From: the human T2T-CHM13v2.0 reference genome, Homo sapiens
DNA length: 64,000 bases
Strand: one strand, 5' to 3'
NCBI RefSeq assembly: GCF_009914755.1
Contig: NC_060937.1
Shown here: positions 1 to 14,806 of the stretch, piece by piece
Position numbering within the stretch: position 1 is the first letter of the stretch
How the letters are laid out: each line of letters opens with the position of its first letter
Program-made: the position numbers and the translations under genes
The notes under the pieces: generated by a model
The model's input: the letters and a program-made list of their open reading frames with translations, nothing else
What the model was told of the DNA's origin: nothing
Database searches by the model: none

Positions 1-3000
1 CCATTCAAAGGGCCTTATTGACCTAATAGCACTGAATAGTTCAAAGATAGATAAACAGAACTTCCCTGAGTCTTTCTTACTAGAACTAGCAGAACTTCAA
101 TAAAAAATATAATTCTAGCTCAATAGGCTTTGCAAATTTTAATGTTGGCCATGTTTAAATCCTTTCTCTTTAACCTGAACTTTACAGTCTGTATCTCTGG
201 CTATGGTTTGTAGTTGCATTTTTCTCTGTGGAATCAGCTTTCCTCTCTGAATAAAGAGAAATTTAATCTCATTTTATGAAGAATTCTATCTTCCTTAAGT
301 GCATCAAAATAACCTTTTTTTTTCTGTAATGCTATGAAACATACTCCAGTAAAGCTTAATGCAGGAAATTATCATTTAATCCCATATTGCCTAATTTCAC
401 ATGGCCTCTAAACACATTCAAATTCAGAATGTGAGAAGGTAAAACTATCTCTTCAAAAGATGATGACCATAATTCCATTGTCAACTTCAACCTCAAGGAT
501 GGATAAATAGAAATATGGAATCATTTTGTTTAGGTATTCCCCATTTTGCTTAAAATTTTACTTCATTATATTTTGCTTAGTTGACTTGTTCACATATTGA
601 CTTTTCCCTTTGGGCTCAAAGATGTTATTTACTTGGGGATGTGGGATGTTTTTCCATTTCAAATATATTAGATACAGACTCAAACCTTCACCAAGTAGCA
701 AAATGAATACTCAAACAACATAATCAATAAATAGTCATTCTCTTTTATTCATTTGCTGTGAAAATCTCATGGCCACCTTATTCGAGTAATAATGACTTGT
801 TTCTAGATGAACAATCTCATCATGTTTGTCAGAATTCACTTCTATTATTTTAATTTTATTTTACATCTATGTATCAATGAAAATCCTAGAACCAAAAAAT
901 GTAGATGTAACTCCTGCACTATATTCTGTAGTGGCAACACTGGACACATAATTTTTCTAATTCCACTTTCTGCATCTGCAGATAAGAAATTTTAAGGAGT
1001 TACTTTGAAAATTAAATGATAAAGTCCATGAATATATATAATAAACTGAAAAGTTCTGTATCTAAATATAAGTTATTTTTGCTGAATTGAAATCTGGCCA
1101 GTGATCTCTATAAAACAAGCTTAATTCTCAAGAGCTTGTATTCTTGAAGATGAAATAAGATCTAACATTTTCAAGAATGTAATCCATGAATAAAAATTGT
1201 AAAGGTAATAATAACAACAATCTGTTTTAATCTGGGAGATACCTGCTTGTGCACCCTTCTCCTGGGTAGCCATTTTCATTTCTGTCTTCCCAAAATTCTT
1301 AACAGCATATGCTTAGACCAAAAGAGTGGTTTCTCCGAGACACTGAGCACAAACATGGTGTGCATATTTTTTTTATTAAAAAATAGTTCTATATTTGGAT
1401 AGAGGAAAATAGAAACAAAAGATATGGTTACTATCCTTGTATTTTTGAGACTCAACTATTCTTCAGAAATAAATATATATCATTCTTAAAACTTTAGGTG
1501 AGACACATCTTCTAGAGTTTTGTCCAAACTGGAGTATATTATATTATAATTATATTACAATATAATAATGTCATTACTCATTAGTTTACCTAGAATTACA
1601 GTCAATGTTTGGAAGGTTGTAGGAATTTCCAGTTTTTTTGTTGGCATTGTGTTTGTTTAGGCCTTAAATGACTTTAGATGTGGATGATTTTCCCAATAGA
1701 ATGTTCAGCAATTCATTTTTCTTGAAACACAAACAGATATGCTGTCTGCGTGCCCTGCTGGATGGCCAGAATCCTCTGGGGAACACACTGATTGTAACTA
1801 AAGGCAGTCATTTAGCACATCCTCAGATGCTGGCAGGTAGCAGGCATAATAAGCTGTGGGATTTCTTGGTATTTAGCATGCCTCTGAAACTGAGAGGAAC
1901 CATACCTTTTATAATTTTGGAACTTTAGCAATATAGAACACTATATGTAAGGCTAGGCAATGTTACACGCCATGCCATTTCAGAAGGGTTCCAGGCTATC
2001 CAAATCCTATTCAGGCCACTGAGAAAGCTGGGTGTGGAGAATAGGTAACAGCCACACAGTGTTGAGGCAAAATTAAGTGAAGAGATGGCCTTAGCTGTAT
2101 TGGCTTTCACCATTCCTGGCTCAGTGCCTGCCACAAACTGTACTTTAAGTAAGTATGTCTTCCTTGGATACCAAAGTGTCACTTCCATTTGATCATGTTC
2201 AGCATTGTGGTTCCAGAATAATAGGCATAGCATAGTTTGTTTAAGCAAAGCAAAGACATTGAGGGTGAAGTTGTTAGTACTATTTTGTGAGTTATAGTTA
2301 TCCCCAGTGAAACATTACTTGAATACACACAGGTGAGTTATTTGGAAAAGCAATTAATCTCAGGAAAATTAACTACTTAAATGCATATACTATGATTGGC
2401 AAAGGGATTTTGTTTTTTCATGTAAATTTTATTATGTTTTTTGGCTTTGTGCTAAATATTATCTGGTGCCAAGAGTTATTTGAAGGCCAATGCTGGATCA
2501 TTCAAAATGAGATTACAGAGATATATCAAGATTCCATTATAAATTGAGCAATTAAAAAAATACTATTGTTCTTACTTTTCCAAGTTTCTCTCTTGCCTAC
2601 TTTTGGACAGAGATACCACAATCCACTAGATAATATAAGTAGAGCAGGTATGCTGATATTAGTACTGGAATGCTGAGGGATCAATTTACACTAATTTTTA
2701 ATTGAAAAAATGGCCATGTAGTAATTGAAAGCAAAAGCATTTAATACTGGATACTGAAGAAATTTAATTTAAATGTAAAAAGTATTGTAAAAGTTAAATC
2801 GTATTCCATTACATTTTATTTTTTGTGTCCACAAGAAAAATATTTTGATGAAGGTATACATTTTTAAAAAACAATCACTTTTTTCTTATTGCAATAAAGA
2901 GCACTTGAGAGAAGCATATTAGATACAACAAAAGAAAATATTAGTGAATTGGAAGGCATATTAAACTACTTACTTTACTGGAATTCTCATTTTTAGTTTT

Positions 3001-4134
3001 GACATCTGTTTTATATTTTTGTGCCATTTGGAATGTAGGTCAAAAATTCTTGCATTGTGAAAGACATTAAATAACATTCCAAAATGAATTGTGGACAATA
3101 AAGAGTAAGCCTTTCTGTGCCTGTACATCTGCTGTCCTCCACACAATTTCTGGTACTGACATGAGAGGCGGTAATTTTTCTTTTTGTTTCCTTTTGTTTA
3201 CCCCTCTCTCTGTATGTTTTCTGAATACTTTGGAACAACTGACAAAAATCTGATTTGGTTGCTCTGAAGGACTTACAGATAGGGAATACCTACATATACC
3301 TAAGGACACAGGCAAGGAAAGGTTAAAAAAGAATGCTTCTATACAGGGAGAACAAAGAGGTTTGTTAAATTGTATTACAAAAAGCGTATTAACTGTCATT
3401 ATCTCCATAATTCTGCCCAGTCTAAGATAATCCATTTTCACCTAGACTCCCAAGCAGAAATTTTACTCTTGTCACCCAAAGGAATTAAAATATTATCTTT
3501 TTACACCAAAACTGAGACAAGAACACAAAATTCCAAGAACTGGGCAGGAGTCAATAAACCATAATGTCTTACATGGAGAAAGAGATGCCATTGTGAGATG
3601 ATAAGCAAAGCAGATGCCACCAACATTTTGTTGGATGTTGTGGAGGGAAAACCATTCTTTATAGTAACATGTTACAAAGACTGGAAACATAAGGGATACA
3701 TTTGAATAAGCACACAAAAATAGTAAAAACGTATGCAAAGAATTAAAGTACCAATTCAAATAGGCAGTATGCTATTTAAAGTAAACAAGAAACAAGATAG
3801 GAATGGAACATATAAAGTGAACAACAACCAAAAAAACCTACTTTTAGGAATGACCAAATCAGACAATACTACAGGCTGGTGTATCTTAATTTCTAAAAAA
3901 GCAAAAACAGACCCTTTCTTTATTCAGTTGATATGAGCTGAAAACTCTTCCCTGTGCCAGCACTCTGCTGTTCAGAAGCTGAACCTACAGGGTGGATGGA
4001 TGTAACCACAGTTGTTGGCTATGTTGTTATTTAGAAACAAAGAGTAAAGCATTTAAGAACATTTAAATGGAAGAGTAGGAAACCCTGAGGTACTTAACAA
4101 AATTTAAAAGTAGTAGAAAAAAATTACTCCACCT

Positions 4135-4450
4135 GGCCAGGCACAGTGGCTCACTCCTATAATCCCAGCACTTTGGGAGGCCAAGGCGGGTGGATCACCA
4201 AAGGTCTGGAGTTCGAGACCAGCTTGGCCAACATGACAAAACCCCGTCTCTACTAAAAATACAAAAATTAGCTGGGCGTGGTGGTGCATACCTGTAATCC
4301 CAGCTACTCCCAGCTACTCAGGAGACTGAGGCAGGAGAATAGCTTGAATCTGGGAAGCGGCAGTTGGAGTGAGCCAAGATGGCACCACTGCACCCCAGCC
4401 TGGGCAACAGAGTGAGTCTCTGTCTTAACACAAAAAAAAAAAAAAAAAAG
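4135..4450 (+). mobile_element. Alu SINE (AluS-type), full length
   Basis: GGCCAGGCACAGTGGCTCA start, dimer with A5TACA5 linker and poly-A; degenerate TSD AAAATTACTCCACCT / AAAATTACTCTATCT; internal CCCAGCTACT duplication. Confidence 0.97.
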
Positions 4451-5268
4451 AAAAGAAATGTTTTAAAAAAGAAAATTACTCTATCTGATATTGTAGATAA
4501 GCACCTAGTATTTGCTCCAATCCATAGAACATCAGAAATTTACCATCCAATCGAGATTTTTTTTTCAGTGAAAGGATGTTTGTTTTCTTCAATTGAAAAT
4601 ATTAGAGTTAAACTCTATATGCAGCAGTTTGAACCCAAATATAACATTTAACAGATTATAGGATGTCAGTATTTCAAATCTAGTAAGGCTAAATTGTACA
4701 TTAGATGAACACATTTACAAATTTGTTTTAATCGGTTCAACTAGTTAATTCTTGATTGTAATAGTGCACATCCAATCTGTATTTTGTTATTCTTTTTGCT
4801 ATAATCTAATTCCCTTCTTTTCTTGGTAATTAAACAAGCATAAAAATAAAGAAATAACAGCCCTTTCACATCTACTGTGAACAATAATACAGTAAGTTGT
4901 GAGTAGTCTTGATCCATATTGATGAAATGTTACACTTCAGAATTCAGGCAGTACAAGTACAAAATGAGAGAAGATTAAAATCACTAAATCTGATCTGTGA
5001 GAAGATTAAAAACAAGCCTCTTATAATCTCTCACTGCTGCCAGAAGTGGATTAAAAAATTAAAAGATCCTCCTACCTCCTCACCAGGAGTTTTATGAAGT
5101 ATATACCATGAACATCACTAGAATTTTGAACAAGAAACTTGATAGAAAATTTAGCTGAAGCTATTTTTCCTATAGAATATTTCTCAAGATTTTGTTACTG
5201 TAAAAACAGTTTTGACTTTATTTTCCCAAAGTGTTTATTCTTCTTATGCATTTAATAATGACACTATA

Positions 5269-5589
<321 letters not shown>

Positions 5590-5707
5590 TTACACTATAG
5601 CTTTTCATGCAAAGAGTACTTATCTACAAAGTATATATGACTCTATTCATGCAATCAGAGTCATGGATTAAAAGAAAATTAATGTTAGATAGAATAGAGT
5701 CACAATT

Positions 5708-6046
5708 TACATTAGTACATTTTCATGCTGCTGATAAAGACATAACCGAGACTGGATAATTTATAAAGAAAAAGAGGTTTAATGGACTCAGTTCCATGTG
5801 GATGGGGAGGCCTCACAATCATGGTGGAAGGTGAAAAGCACATCTTACGTGGTGGCAGGCAAGAAAGAATAAAAACCAAGTGAAAAGGGAAACCCCTTGT
5901 AAAAACATCAGATCTTAAGAGACTTATTCACTAACATGAGAACATTGTAGGGGAAACTGCCCTCATGATTCAATTATCTCCCACCAGGTCCCTCCCATAA
6001 CACGTGAGAATTATCGGAGCTGCAATTCAAAATAAAATTTAGATGG
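5708..6046 (-). mobile_element. THE1-family (ERVL-MaLR) LTR lacking its 5' ~20-25 nt
   Basis: Matches recalled reverse complement of THE1B/C: CATGCTGCTGATAAAGACATA...GGGGAGGCCTCACAATCATGG...CTCCCACCAGGTCCCTCCC. Confidence 0.92.
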
Positions 6047-6235
6047 CTTGCTTTTATTCTGGCCACACTGGCAGCTGATTAGATTTTGCCACCCAAATTG
6101 AGGGTGGGTCTGCCTTTCTCAGTCCACTGACTCAAATATGAATCTCCTTTGGCAACATACTCCATAGACACACCCAGGAACAATACTTTGCATCCTTCAA
6201 TCCAATCAACTTGACCCTCAGTATTAACTATCACA
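6047..6235 (-). mobile_element. MLT2A (HERV-L LTR) 5' portion
   Basis: CTGGCAGCTGATTAGA...CAATACTTTGCATCCTTCAATCCAATCAACTTGACCCTCAGTATTAACTATCACA is the reverse complement of the MLT2A 5' end. Confidence 0.9.
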
Positions 6236-6599
6236 CAAGTTTAGCACAAATCCCCTTTGTTTGCAATCCCTAAAAAAGAAAACTAAAGTCGGTTAAGATT
6301 TTCCCTCCCTGGCTTACAGGATTCCATCAAGAGGAATGAAAAGGGAGCCCAAGAAATTTCTTATACTTCACAAAACTGCAACAGCCTTACACTACTTTGG
6401 CCTTTTATCCACGTTTAAATCTGTTGTGACTAGAAGCTGAAAACTCACTCTGCCACCATAGTCTTCGCCTTGATTTCTCCTCCCGTTTGGCTACAGCCCT
6501 CTTGATTCTAGCTTTCCTGTGGTTAGGGCCCTCAGCTTCAGGTCCTCACACCAATACCACATTTTTAGTGATGTCTTACACAGACGTCATAGAAGGGAC

Positions 6600-6910
6600 T
6601 ATTATCCCTTCTCCTTTCAGGGTTCCTTATCCTCCTCTTATCCCTAATTTTATGTATAGGATATATTGCTATTTACAAATATTTGTGTATGTATTATATA
6701 TGTATATACACAGATACATGTAACTTATTTGATTATCCATATCTCCCTTCTAGACTATAAGCTCCAAGAAAGCAAAAACATTGCCTATTGTGTTCACTGC
6801 TATATCTCCCTGCACCCAGGACAGTTCCTAGCCTATAATTAGTGATCAACAAATATCTGCTGGTTCTTCTGCATATGGATATCCAGTTTTTCCATTGAAT
6901 GAATGAATGG
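6600..6910 (+). mobile_element. L2 LINE 3' end fragment
   Basis: TAGACTATAAGCTCC...TTCACTGCTATATCTCC...CAACAAATATCTG...GAATGAATGAATG, typical L2 3' terminus; left boundary approximate. Confidence 0.75.
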
Positions 6911-7831
6911 TTTAACAATATTGGAATATTTCCTGAGTTTATATCATTATTGGGAAAGAAGATATTTATATGCCACTAAATTAGTTACTCATAGATAGTG
7001 GGAGAAAAGTATCCTCAAGCTAGGAGCACTGTGTATTCTCAAAGAAACTAGATGTAACCTGATAAACCTTTTTTTCTGGCTATAAAAGACCCACAAAAGT
7101 CTATACTTAGCATCTACCCCAAGACATGAAAGAAAATATATTTTCCTTTCTAATGTTGTCACTTGGAGAAATACTTAGTCCAGTTATACCATAAAAAGTA
7201 TCTTACACCACTGAGTTTGTATATTATAAATGTATAATGTTTGTGGCTTTTATGACATATGTGCAAACAATATACAGTAAGTATTATCTGTCTTTTCTGT
7301 ACTCAAAATGATGGCATAGTCTGAATCATCAGAAGTAAAATTGGAAAAATGTACCAAAATAATTTAAGTGGATAAATGACAGCTAAATATACAGAAATAT
7401 ATGTATATTTTGACAGTGCTTCCTAAAACCATTTCTGTGAAATGTGAGATTACTTCCTAAATGAACTCTAGTTGCCTTATCTGGAAAAGTTGTACTTCTG
7501 TGACAAGCAATTAGCACTCTCTAAGGCTAAGAAATTGTGTGTTTTAAAAAAGTAAATAAATATTGATTTCCTTTTAGCTTGAAGAGTTTTGAAACTCCAC
7601 TTGTCTAGCACAAAAGTGCCTTCCTACTACCTTTGTCTTATACTAGGCTCTGAATTTCTCTCCTAATGTCGATTCATACCCAAGTAAACTCTTGATCTTG
7701 TATCAAATGTAGTGGAAAACATTTACCTTTAAGTTACTTCCAAAGAGAACTTCCTTGACCTACCAAGATCTTACAATCAAAGATGCTTGTATTTCTCAGT
7801 AGACTTTTCATTATTTCAGATTATGAAAATG

Positions 7832-7878
7832 AAGAGAGAGAGACACACACACATTCATAAACATACACACACACACAG
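7832..7878. repeat. compound (GA)n/(CA)n microsatellite
   Basis: GAGAGAGAGAGACACACACAC...ACACACACACACACAG. Confidence 0.85.
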
Positions 7879-9147
7879 ATATAGTAGAAGTATATTCTTT
7901 GCCTAATTTTGTGAGTTTCATAGCTTATAGATTTGGAGAATGATCGAGTTGGCTGATTTTCATTATCCACTCATTAGTTAATTAACTTTGTTTTATTATA
8001 AAGTACATTTTTGTAATGTTGTAGCATACATAGTTGTGGATGTTATGAATTCTGCTTTAATTACATATCTTCAATCATATTGCTTAGTTAAGTATTAATA
8101 ATTGAGTTTGTCTTATTAAGCACTTTCTTGTGACCTTTAATATGATAAAGTAAATTTGTATTGATGCTAGTGTGCAATTTTAAACCATAAAAGTTCAGTA
8201 TGCAATATGACATTTCATTCCAGGGAAAATATTCTTAGCTGTTTTCACAATTTACTCTCAATATCAAGCTATAACAGGATTTCTATTTATCAACACACTG
8301 CATAATGGCCAGGCCAGCATACATATTTTAAAAGGCAATAATCATTTGACATTGCACTATGCATTTGGCTCCCTGTCATCATTTGCCTCTACTAATCATA
8401 ACAGTAGATATATTGGCTGAAATCTCCTATTGGAGTTGTAGTTTAGTCTACCACATTTTTCATTCCATCAGTTTTTGTTTTATGCATATTGAAGTTCTGA
8501 TATTAGGTTCATACACGTTTAGGATTGTTTAATGTTTTTGATGAATTTGCCCTTTTGTCATTATAAAGAGTCTGTCTTTATTCCACATAATAATATATAT
8601 TTTGAAATATGCTTTGTGTGAAGAGCTACTCCAGCATCCTTATGATTCGTTTGTCACCAATATTAATATTAGATTTATCTCGGTCTTTATATTTAAATTG
8701 TGTGTCTTTCAGGCTGTATATGGTTTATTTTAAAACACAATTTGTCAATCTCTGCTTTTTTAGAACTTTGAATCGTTAGTTTTTAGTGTAATTATTAATA
8801 TAGTTTGATTTGAAATTATAGTTCTCCTACTTGCTTTCCACTTTCTAATCTGTTCTAGCTTGTTCTTTTCCTCCTTTTCCTTTTATTTTTACTCTTTGTT
8901 TATTATCTAGACGACTTTTAAAATATGGTCGCTCAAGATGAAATAGGCACTGGCAACGTATCCTAGTCTCCCTTTATGCCATGTACACCTTCACATATGA
9001 GGACTCCAAAACTCTATACTTCCGTTTCCACTTTACTCTTTGGGTGATTGTTCCCATAGCATTTACTTCTACATATGTTATAAATTCTATAATTCCTGGT
9101 TATTAGTTTTCTTGGAACAGTACATGACTTATCAAAGAACACGGTGA

Positions 9148-9460
<313 letters not shown>

Positions 9461-10350
9461 GAAAATGTTTTATATTTACCTACAGATTGAACATTTTTCA
9501 TTTTTCATTCCTTTGTGAAATTTAGCGTTTCCATCTGGTGTCATTTTTCTTCCCCATGAGGAAGCATCTCTTTATGGGTTTTTTTTTTAGTGCTGTTTGT
9601 TGGCAGCACATTCTTTCAGTGTTTGTTTGACTAAAAGCAAAATTATCTTTTTAAAAAATAATTTTGGAATAAAGTTTTGCTGGATATAGAATTCTATTTG
9701 ACAATGTAGTTCCATTTTTCTTCTGGTTTAATTAAGCGGTTTCTGAGGAAGAAGCCGGCAGTAATTCTTGTCTCCGTGTTGTGTTTGCTAAACTTCCTGA
9801 ATCTGTGAGTTTTTCGTTTTCATCAAATGTAGATTTTTGACATTACTTCTTGAAATTTTTTTCTGCTCCCCTTTCTCCCTTTAAAAATTACAGTTTCACA
9901 TATGTTGTAATGTTTAATATTGTCTCATAGGTTAGTATGCTCTGTTCATTTCATTTTTTTCCTTTTTTTCTCTATGTGCTTCAATTTGCATAGTTTCTAT
10001 TGCTATGTCTTCAAATTCACCAATCTTTCCTTCCGCTATATCCAATATGCTTTTAATACCATCTAGTGAATTATTTATATCATATATTTTACTTTCATCT
10101 GTAGAAGTTTTATCTGATTACTTTGTTGTATATTCCATTTCTTGCCTAATTATTTTATGTTTTCCTTTAAATACTTGAACAAATTTATAACAGCTTTTAT
10201 TTTATAGCATTATCTCTTTCATTTCTGGTTATGCGTCTACTGAATAACATTTCTCTTGGTTAAGAGTTCACTTTTTTCTTCTTCTTGGCATATACAATAA
10301 TTTTGTATTTGATGCTCATTATTTTTTTTTATCTGTTGAGTGCTGGATTT

Positions 10351-10352
<2 letters not shown>

Positions 10353-10400
<48 letters not shown>
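10353..10400. repeat. (GT)24 microsatellite
   Basis: Perfect GT dinucleotide run. Confidence 0.98.
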
Positions 10401-10402
<2 letters not shown>

Positions 10403-11319
10403 CAATATGGGATGGATTTTGTTGGAGTAACCAGTTTAGTTACTGGGAGATCAGCTTGATTTTATTTCAGAGCTTATTTTTAAGCTTTTTTGTGGGGGTC
10501 TTGAATAGCCTTTGTTCTGAGGCTAGTCTAGTTGTAAAATAAAGGTGACAATGTCTAGAGACTCTACTAACTATTCAATGAGAACTCTCCTCTCTGGCAG
10601 GTCAAAATGTAAAAACATTCCTCAGTTTACACCCCTGTCCCCCAATCATTCTTGCTCAGGCAGGTAGAGTTTTATCTTACACATATGCAGCTTTTATATT
10701 CAGCAACAAAGTCTAAAGAACCCAGTGCAGATTTCTAGGGGTTTTTCTCCTTGTAGCTTTCCACTTTCTAATTCTTCCCTGCAAATTCCAGCCACCTCTG
10801 CCTACCCAAATAATTTCCTTTGTCTCTTCAAGTCATTCAAGCTATCAAATGTCACTTGAAAACCCCATTTCTTAACCACTTTCTTGAAGGTTCCTCCTGG
10901 CAGAGAGCCATAGCAATTAAGGACTCACCTTTTTTATTTATCTTTTCTCACAGGTCATAGTTCTGTGCTTCCTACTTTCCAAGCTTAAAACCATATTTCA
11001 CAGTTGCTTTCAATTTCCACTTATTTATATCATGAGGGTATATAGTCTAAGTCCAGATACTCATCTTGAGAAGTGGAATCCCCTTGTATAATTTTGTAAA
11101 CATAGAGTACTTTGTATAGATATAAACAAAGGAAATAATATAAAATGATAAATGCATAAACATATATAAGGATAATATAAGCTTGGCAGACTTACTCATC
11201 TTCCTCAGGTATTTCTAAAATACTGCATTCTTGGTAAGGGCTAACATTATTACCCTGTTTGGGATTTCACTCTGTTTCCATTCCCTATCCTTCTTTCCTG
11301 TTTTACATCTGCTTCAATA

Positions 11320-11525
11320 CGTTTATCAGCACTTAACATATCATATATTTTACATATTTATGTTGTTTATTTTCTGCTCTCCCCCAGCCTCAAAGTAAAG
11401 TATAGCCACATACACTTGTGGGTTTTTGCTCGTTTTATTTATTGTTGTTTTCTAATATGTAGGACAGTAAATCACATATAGTAGAGGTTGAATAAATATT
11501 AGTTGACTGAGCAAATAAATGAATA
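11320..11525 (+). mobile_element. L2 LINE 3' end fragment
   Basis: CACATATAGTAGAGGTTGAATAAATATTAGTTGACTGAGCAAATAAATGAAT resembles the L2 terminus. Confidence 0.6.
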
Positions 11526-11598
11526 TCGCAATAAGAGTTTTATCTGGCAAGGGAAAAAAAGTTGAGGAAGTGCTAATTGGATTTTGCAACTGCACACA

Positions 11599-12031
11599 TG
11601 TTATGGACTGAACTGTGTTCCCCAGAATCTCTATATTGAAGCACTAAGCCCCAACATAATTAGACTTGGAGACACTATTTTTGGGCAATAATTAAGGTTA
11701 AATGAGTTTATAAAAGTGAGGCTCTAATCCAATAGGACTGGTATCCTTATAAGAAGAGGAAGATACATCACAGCCCTCTCTCCCTTTCTCTGTCTCTCTC
11801 CACCCCCACTGCAAGGAAGAAAGGCCACAGCAAGAGAATGGTCATCTCTTGTTGTGTAAGGACACAGCAAGAAAGTAGGCATCTACAAGCCAGGAAGGGA
11901 GGCCACACGAGGCACCAACCATGATGGCACCTTAAACTTTCAGCTTTCGGAATTGTGATAAAATAAATTCCCATTGTGTAATCCACCCAGTGTGTGGTAT
12001 TCTGTTATGGCAGCCTGAACAGACTAATACA
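11599..12031 (+). mobile_element. MLT1A/B-type (ERVL-MaLR) solo LTR
   Basis: TGTTATGGACTGAACTGTGTTCCCC...CCTTATAAGAAGAGG...TGTTATGGCAGCCTGAACAGACTAATACA; TG...CA ends. Confidence 0.92.
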
Positions 12032-13909
12032 AACTATAAGACAATATTTCTTAAATGATATTAGGAGCAAATATGCCAAAATGTTATAGATTTTCTGGAA
12101 GGAGGTACAGAGCTCTTTATTATATTTATCTTCAACAGTTTTGCATGTGTGTGAATATGTACCAACATGAAATACATTAAAAATACTCTTTCAATAGATG
12201 TAAATATAACTCTATATGTGTAGATAACTATATAGATAAGGAATACATTTTAAGCAAAGATTTTTCATTAGAAGACAGAATGTGCAAAATATTATATCGT
12301 GTCTAGAATATGATAGGATTCATTAAGGAGTAGTTCCTTTGTTCTCTTCTCCTTTCCATCCTCTATTTAATAGACGAATTGGTCCATAAGTATAAATATA
12401 TACTAGTGTGTGATCATCATTTGTAGCTGTTAACATGCAAAAAATTTCAAAACAAAACATGCAATGTGTTATCCATGTGAAATATTAAACTTTCTTGGTC
12501 TGAAAAGTCAAAGTCACAGGACTACCCCTTCCTGATAAATATGATGGAACATAAATACTCTGTCATGTTTCCCAAGGAGATCTGAAATTTGCAAAATATT
12601 GAATTTTGATTTATATTTTTAAGCCTTGTAAGCTTGTGATTCATTAATAGCCATCTTAGTCCCAGATCTGCCTCTGGGCACTGATGATGCTGCCAGTGTG
12701 AGAGCAGCAGGAGATGATATAATAATGTGGCATCCTCTTATGGGGTATTACAGTGGAATTAGAAAACAGCTATTGAACTCAGTTTTGCAAGACTGTTCCT
12801 TATCTTAACATTTTCAAAGTCAATTAAACATTTAAAAATCATTTATATATAAAGTGCTAGTTTGGTATCTTCAGTGAATAAAGTAATAAAATGCTTATCA
12901 GTATATTACTATCTTTAATTAGTCTACTCGATTTTACAAATTGAGTGGACACTGACAAATTTAGAATCTGCACTACCACAATTAATTGCTGTAATGTTCA
13001 CAGGTCAGTGCTCACATTGATAATGATTTTTAAAAGTCAGACTTACAGAAAAGAGTTTATTTCCAAAAGCCTAAATCTTCTGTTCTCAACCGGAATGGGG
13101 AAGGTTTGAGGAGATTCTATGAGGATAGCTGTGGAAGTGAGCCTGTCACAGTTGGGTAATTCAATGTAGAACTTCTAGAAAATAATAAGAGAGAATTTAA
13201 TATTATATGAAGCTCTAATAATGTAGACCTGAGTTTAGTCAAATATATTTTATTAATGAAATTATGGTTTTATTTGTCTTATAAGGTCATTTCAGTAATA
13301 TATTCCATTTTTCAACATCCTCATTTGGCATTGCTTTTTAATAGCTTGATTTGAAAACGATTTAATTTTTTTCATTTTCTTTTTGCCTTTTCTCTACCTA
13401 TTTGCTATAAATACATAGGAACTTAAACTATCAAAACATGCTAATTGTATTAAATTATAAAATAAACACTTTTATAAAGGAAAACATTTTTATCTCCTCT
13501 TGTTACTTTTAACTTAATTGTTTATCATCCTGATTTTTTTAAAAAAGAATTTCTTCTTGCATATTTGGATGCCAGAGAAAATCACAAATAGTTGTAAAAC
13601 AAAAGTCATTTGAATGAAAGAACATAGCACTTTTACTGATGGTTTGAGAAAGTTAAATAAGTACCACTTAATTGAAGTAAATTATAAATTTGAATCTTTA
13701 GTCATGCAATAGGTATTCATTTCTTTATTTTTTGTAGACATAAAGTTAAAAAATAAAAAGTTGGGGTTGTTTTGTCTGATACTGGATCACTGGATTCCAA
13801 TCTATGAATTGGTCACAGAGTAATAATACTTATCATATGTTTCTACATAAATGCTATCTAAGTTTACATTTTATTATAAAATAACTTTAAAATAAGAATT
13901 AAGAATTAC

Positions 13910-14806
13910 TGATGCTGGATTTCTCTTGGCCCCTTTGTCAGACTCGTGATGGGGGTGAACATTTACTCAACCTGCTGTGCTCACCTCTTGTGGGAGGGAG
14001 CATGCATGTGAGTGAGTGCAGGACTCACAGCCAGACCAGGCACAAGTGAGTGCATGTGGGACCTGGCCAGCAAGCTCTGTGTGGGGCCCACACCCAGACC
14101 AGGTTGTGGGGGCCTGTGACCCCGAAGCCCCAGAGGGCATGTCACATGCTGTCTTAGCTCTTCCATCTGCAGACAGCTGTGTGTTATCAGCTCAGTTGGC
14201 CCCTTGCCTCGTTGCATGTGGCAGCTGCCCTCTGCCAGCAAGAGCAAAGGGCCAGTGGTGACAGCCTTTTTTGGATACCTGCAATTGGTGGCTCCCAAAC
14301 TCTTGTCCAGCATCCAAAAAGAATGAGGTTGATCAATTGGACACTTGAAGGATGGTAAAGGCAGAGAATTTTATTTAGCAATGGAAATGGCTCTCAGCAG
14401 AGAGGGGAGCTGGAGAGGGGATGGGATGGGCAGGTAATCTTCTCCTGAAGTTCAGCTGGTTCTTTTCTAAAGTCAAGCCACCTCTCCTGAGAAGTCTAGC
14501 TGTCTTTCTGAAGTCAAGTTGCCTCTCTCCAGTCAAGCTGCTTCTCTCTCCTCTTCTGACTGAGTCTGGGGTCTTTATAGGCACAGGATGGGGTAGGTGG
14601 GGTTGGCCATTGGTAGTTTTGCAAAAGGCAACATTTGATTGGCAAAAAGGCATTATTCAAAAGGAACCAATTGGGAGAGAGCGAGCAAACAGGAATAGAC
14701 ATTCTCGCTTTGGGCCATGGGTTTCAGGCTACTTTGGCTTAAAGGCGGGTTTCACCAGGGACCTGCCCCTGTCTGCCTTAAATTTCTCTGCCTCCTGCCT
14801 CTATCA
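13910..14806 (-). mobile_element. ERV1 solo LTR (LTR27/LTR28/LTR1-like)
   Basis: TGAT...ATCA termini, perfect 4-bp TSD TTAC; minus-strand start TGATAGAGGCAGGAGGCAGAGAAATT; TATA box 14574-14579 and AATAAA 14370-14375 on the minus strand. Confidence 0.88.
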
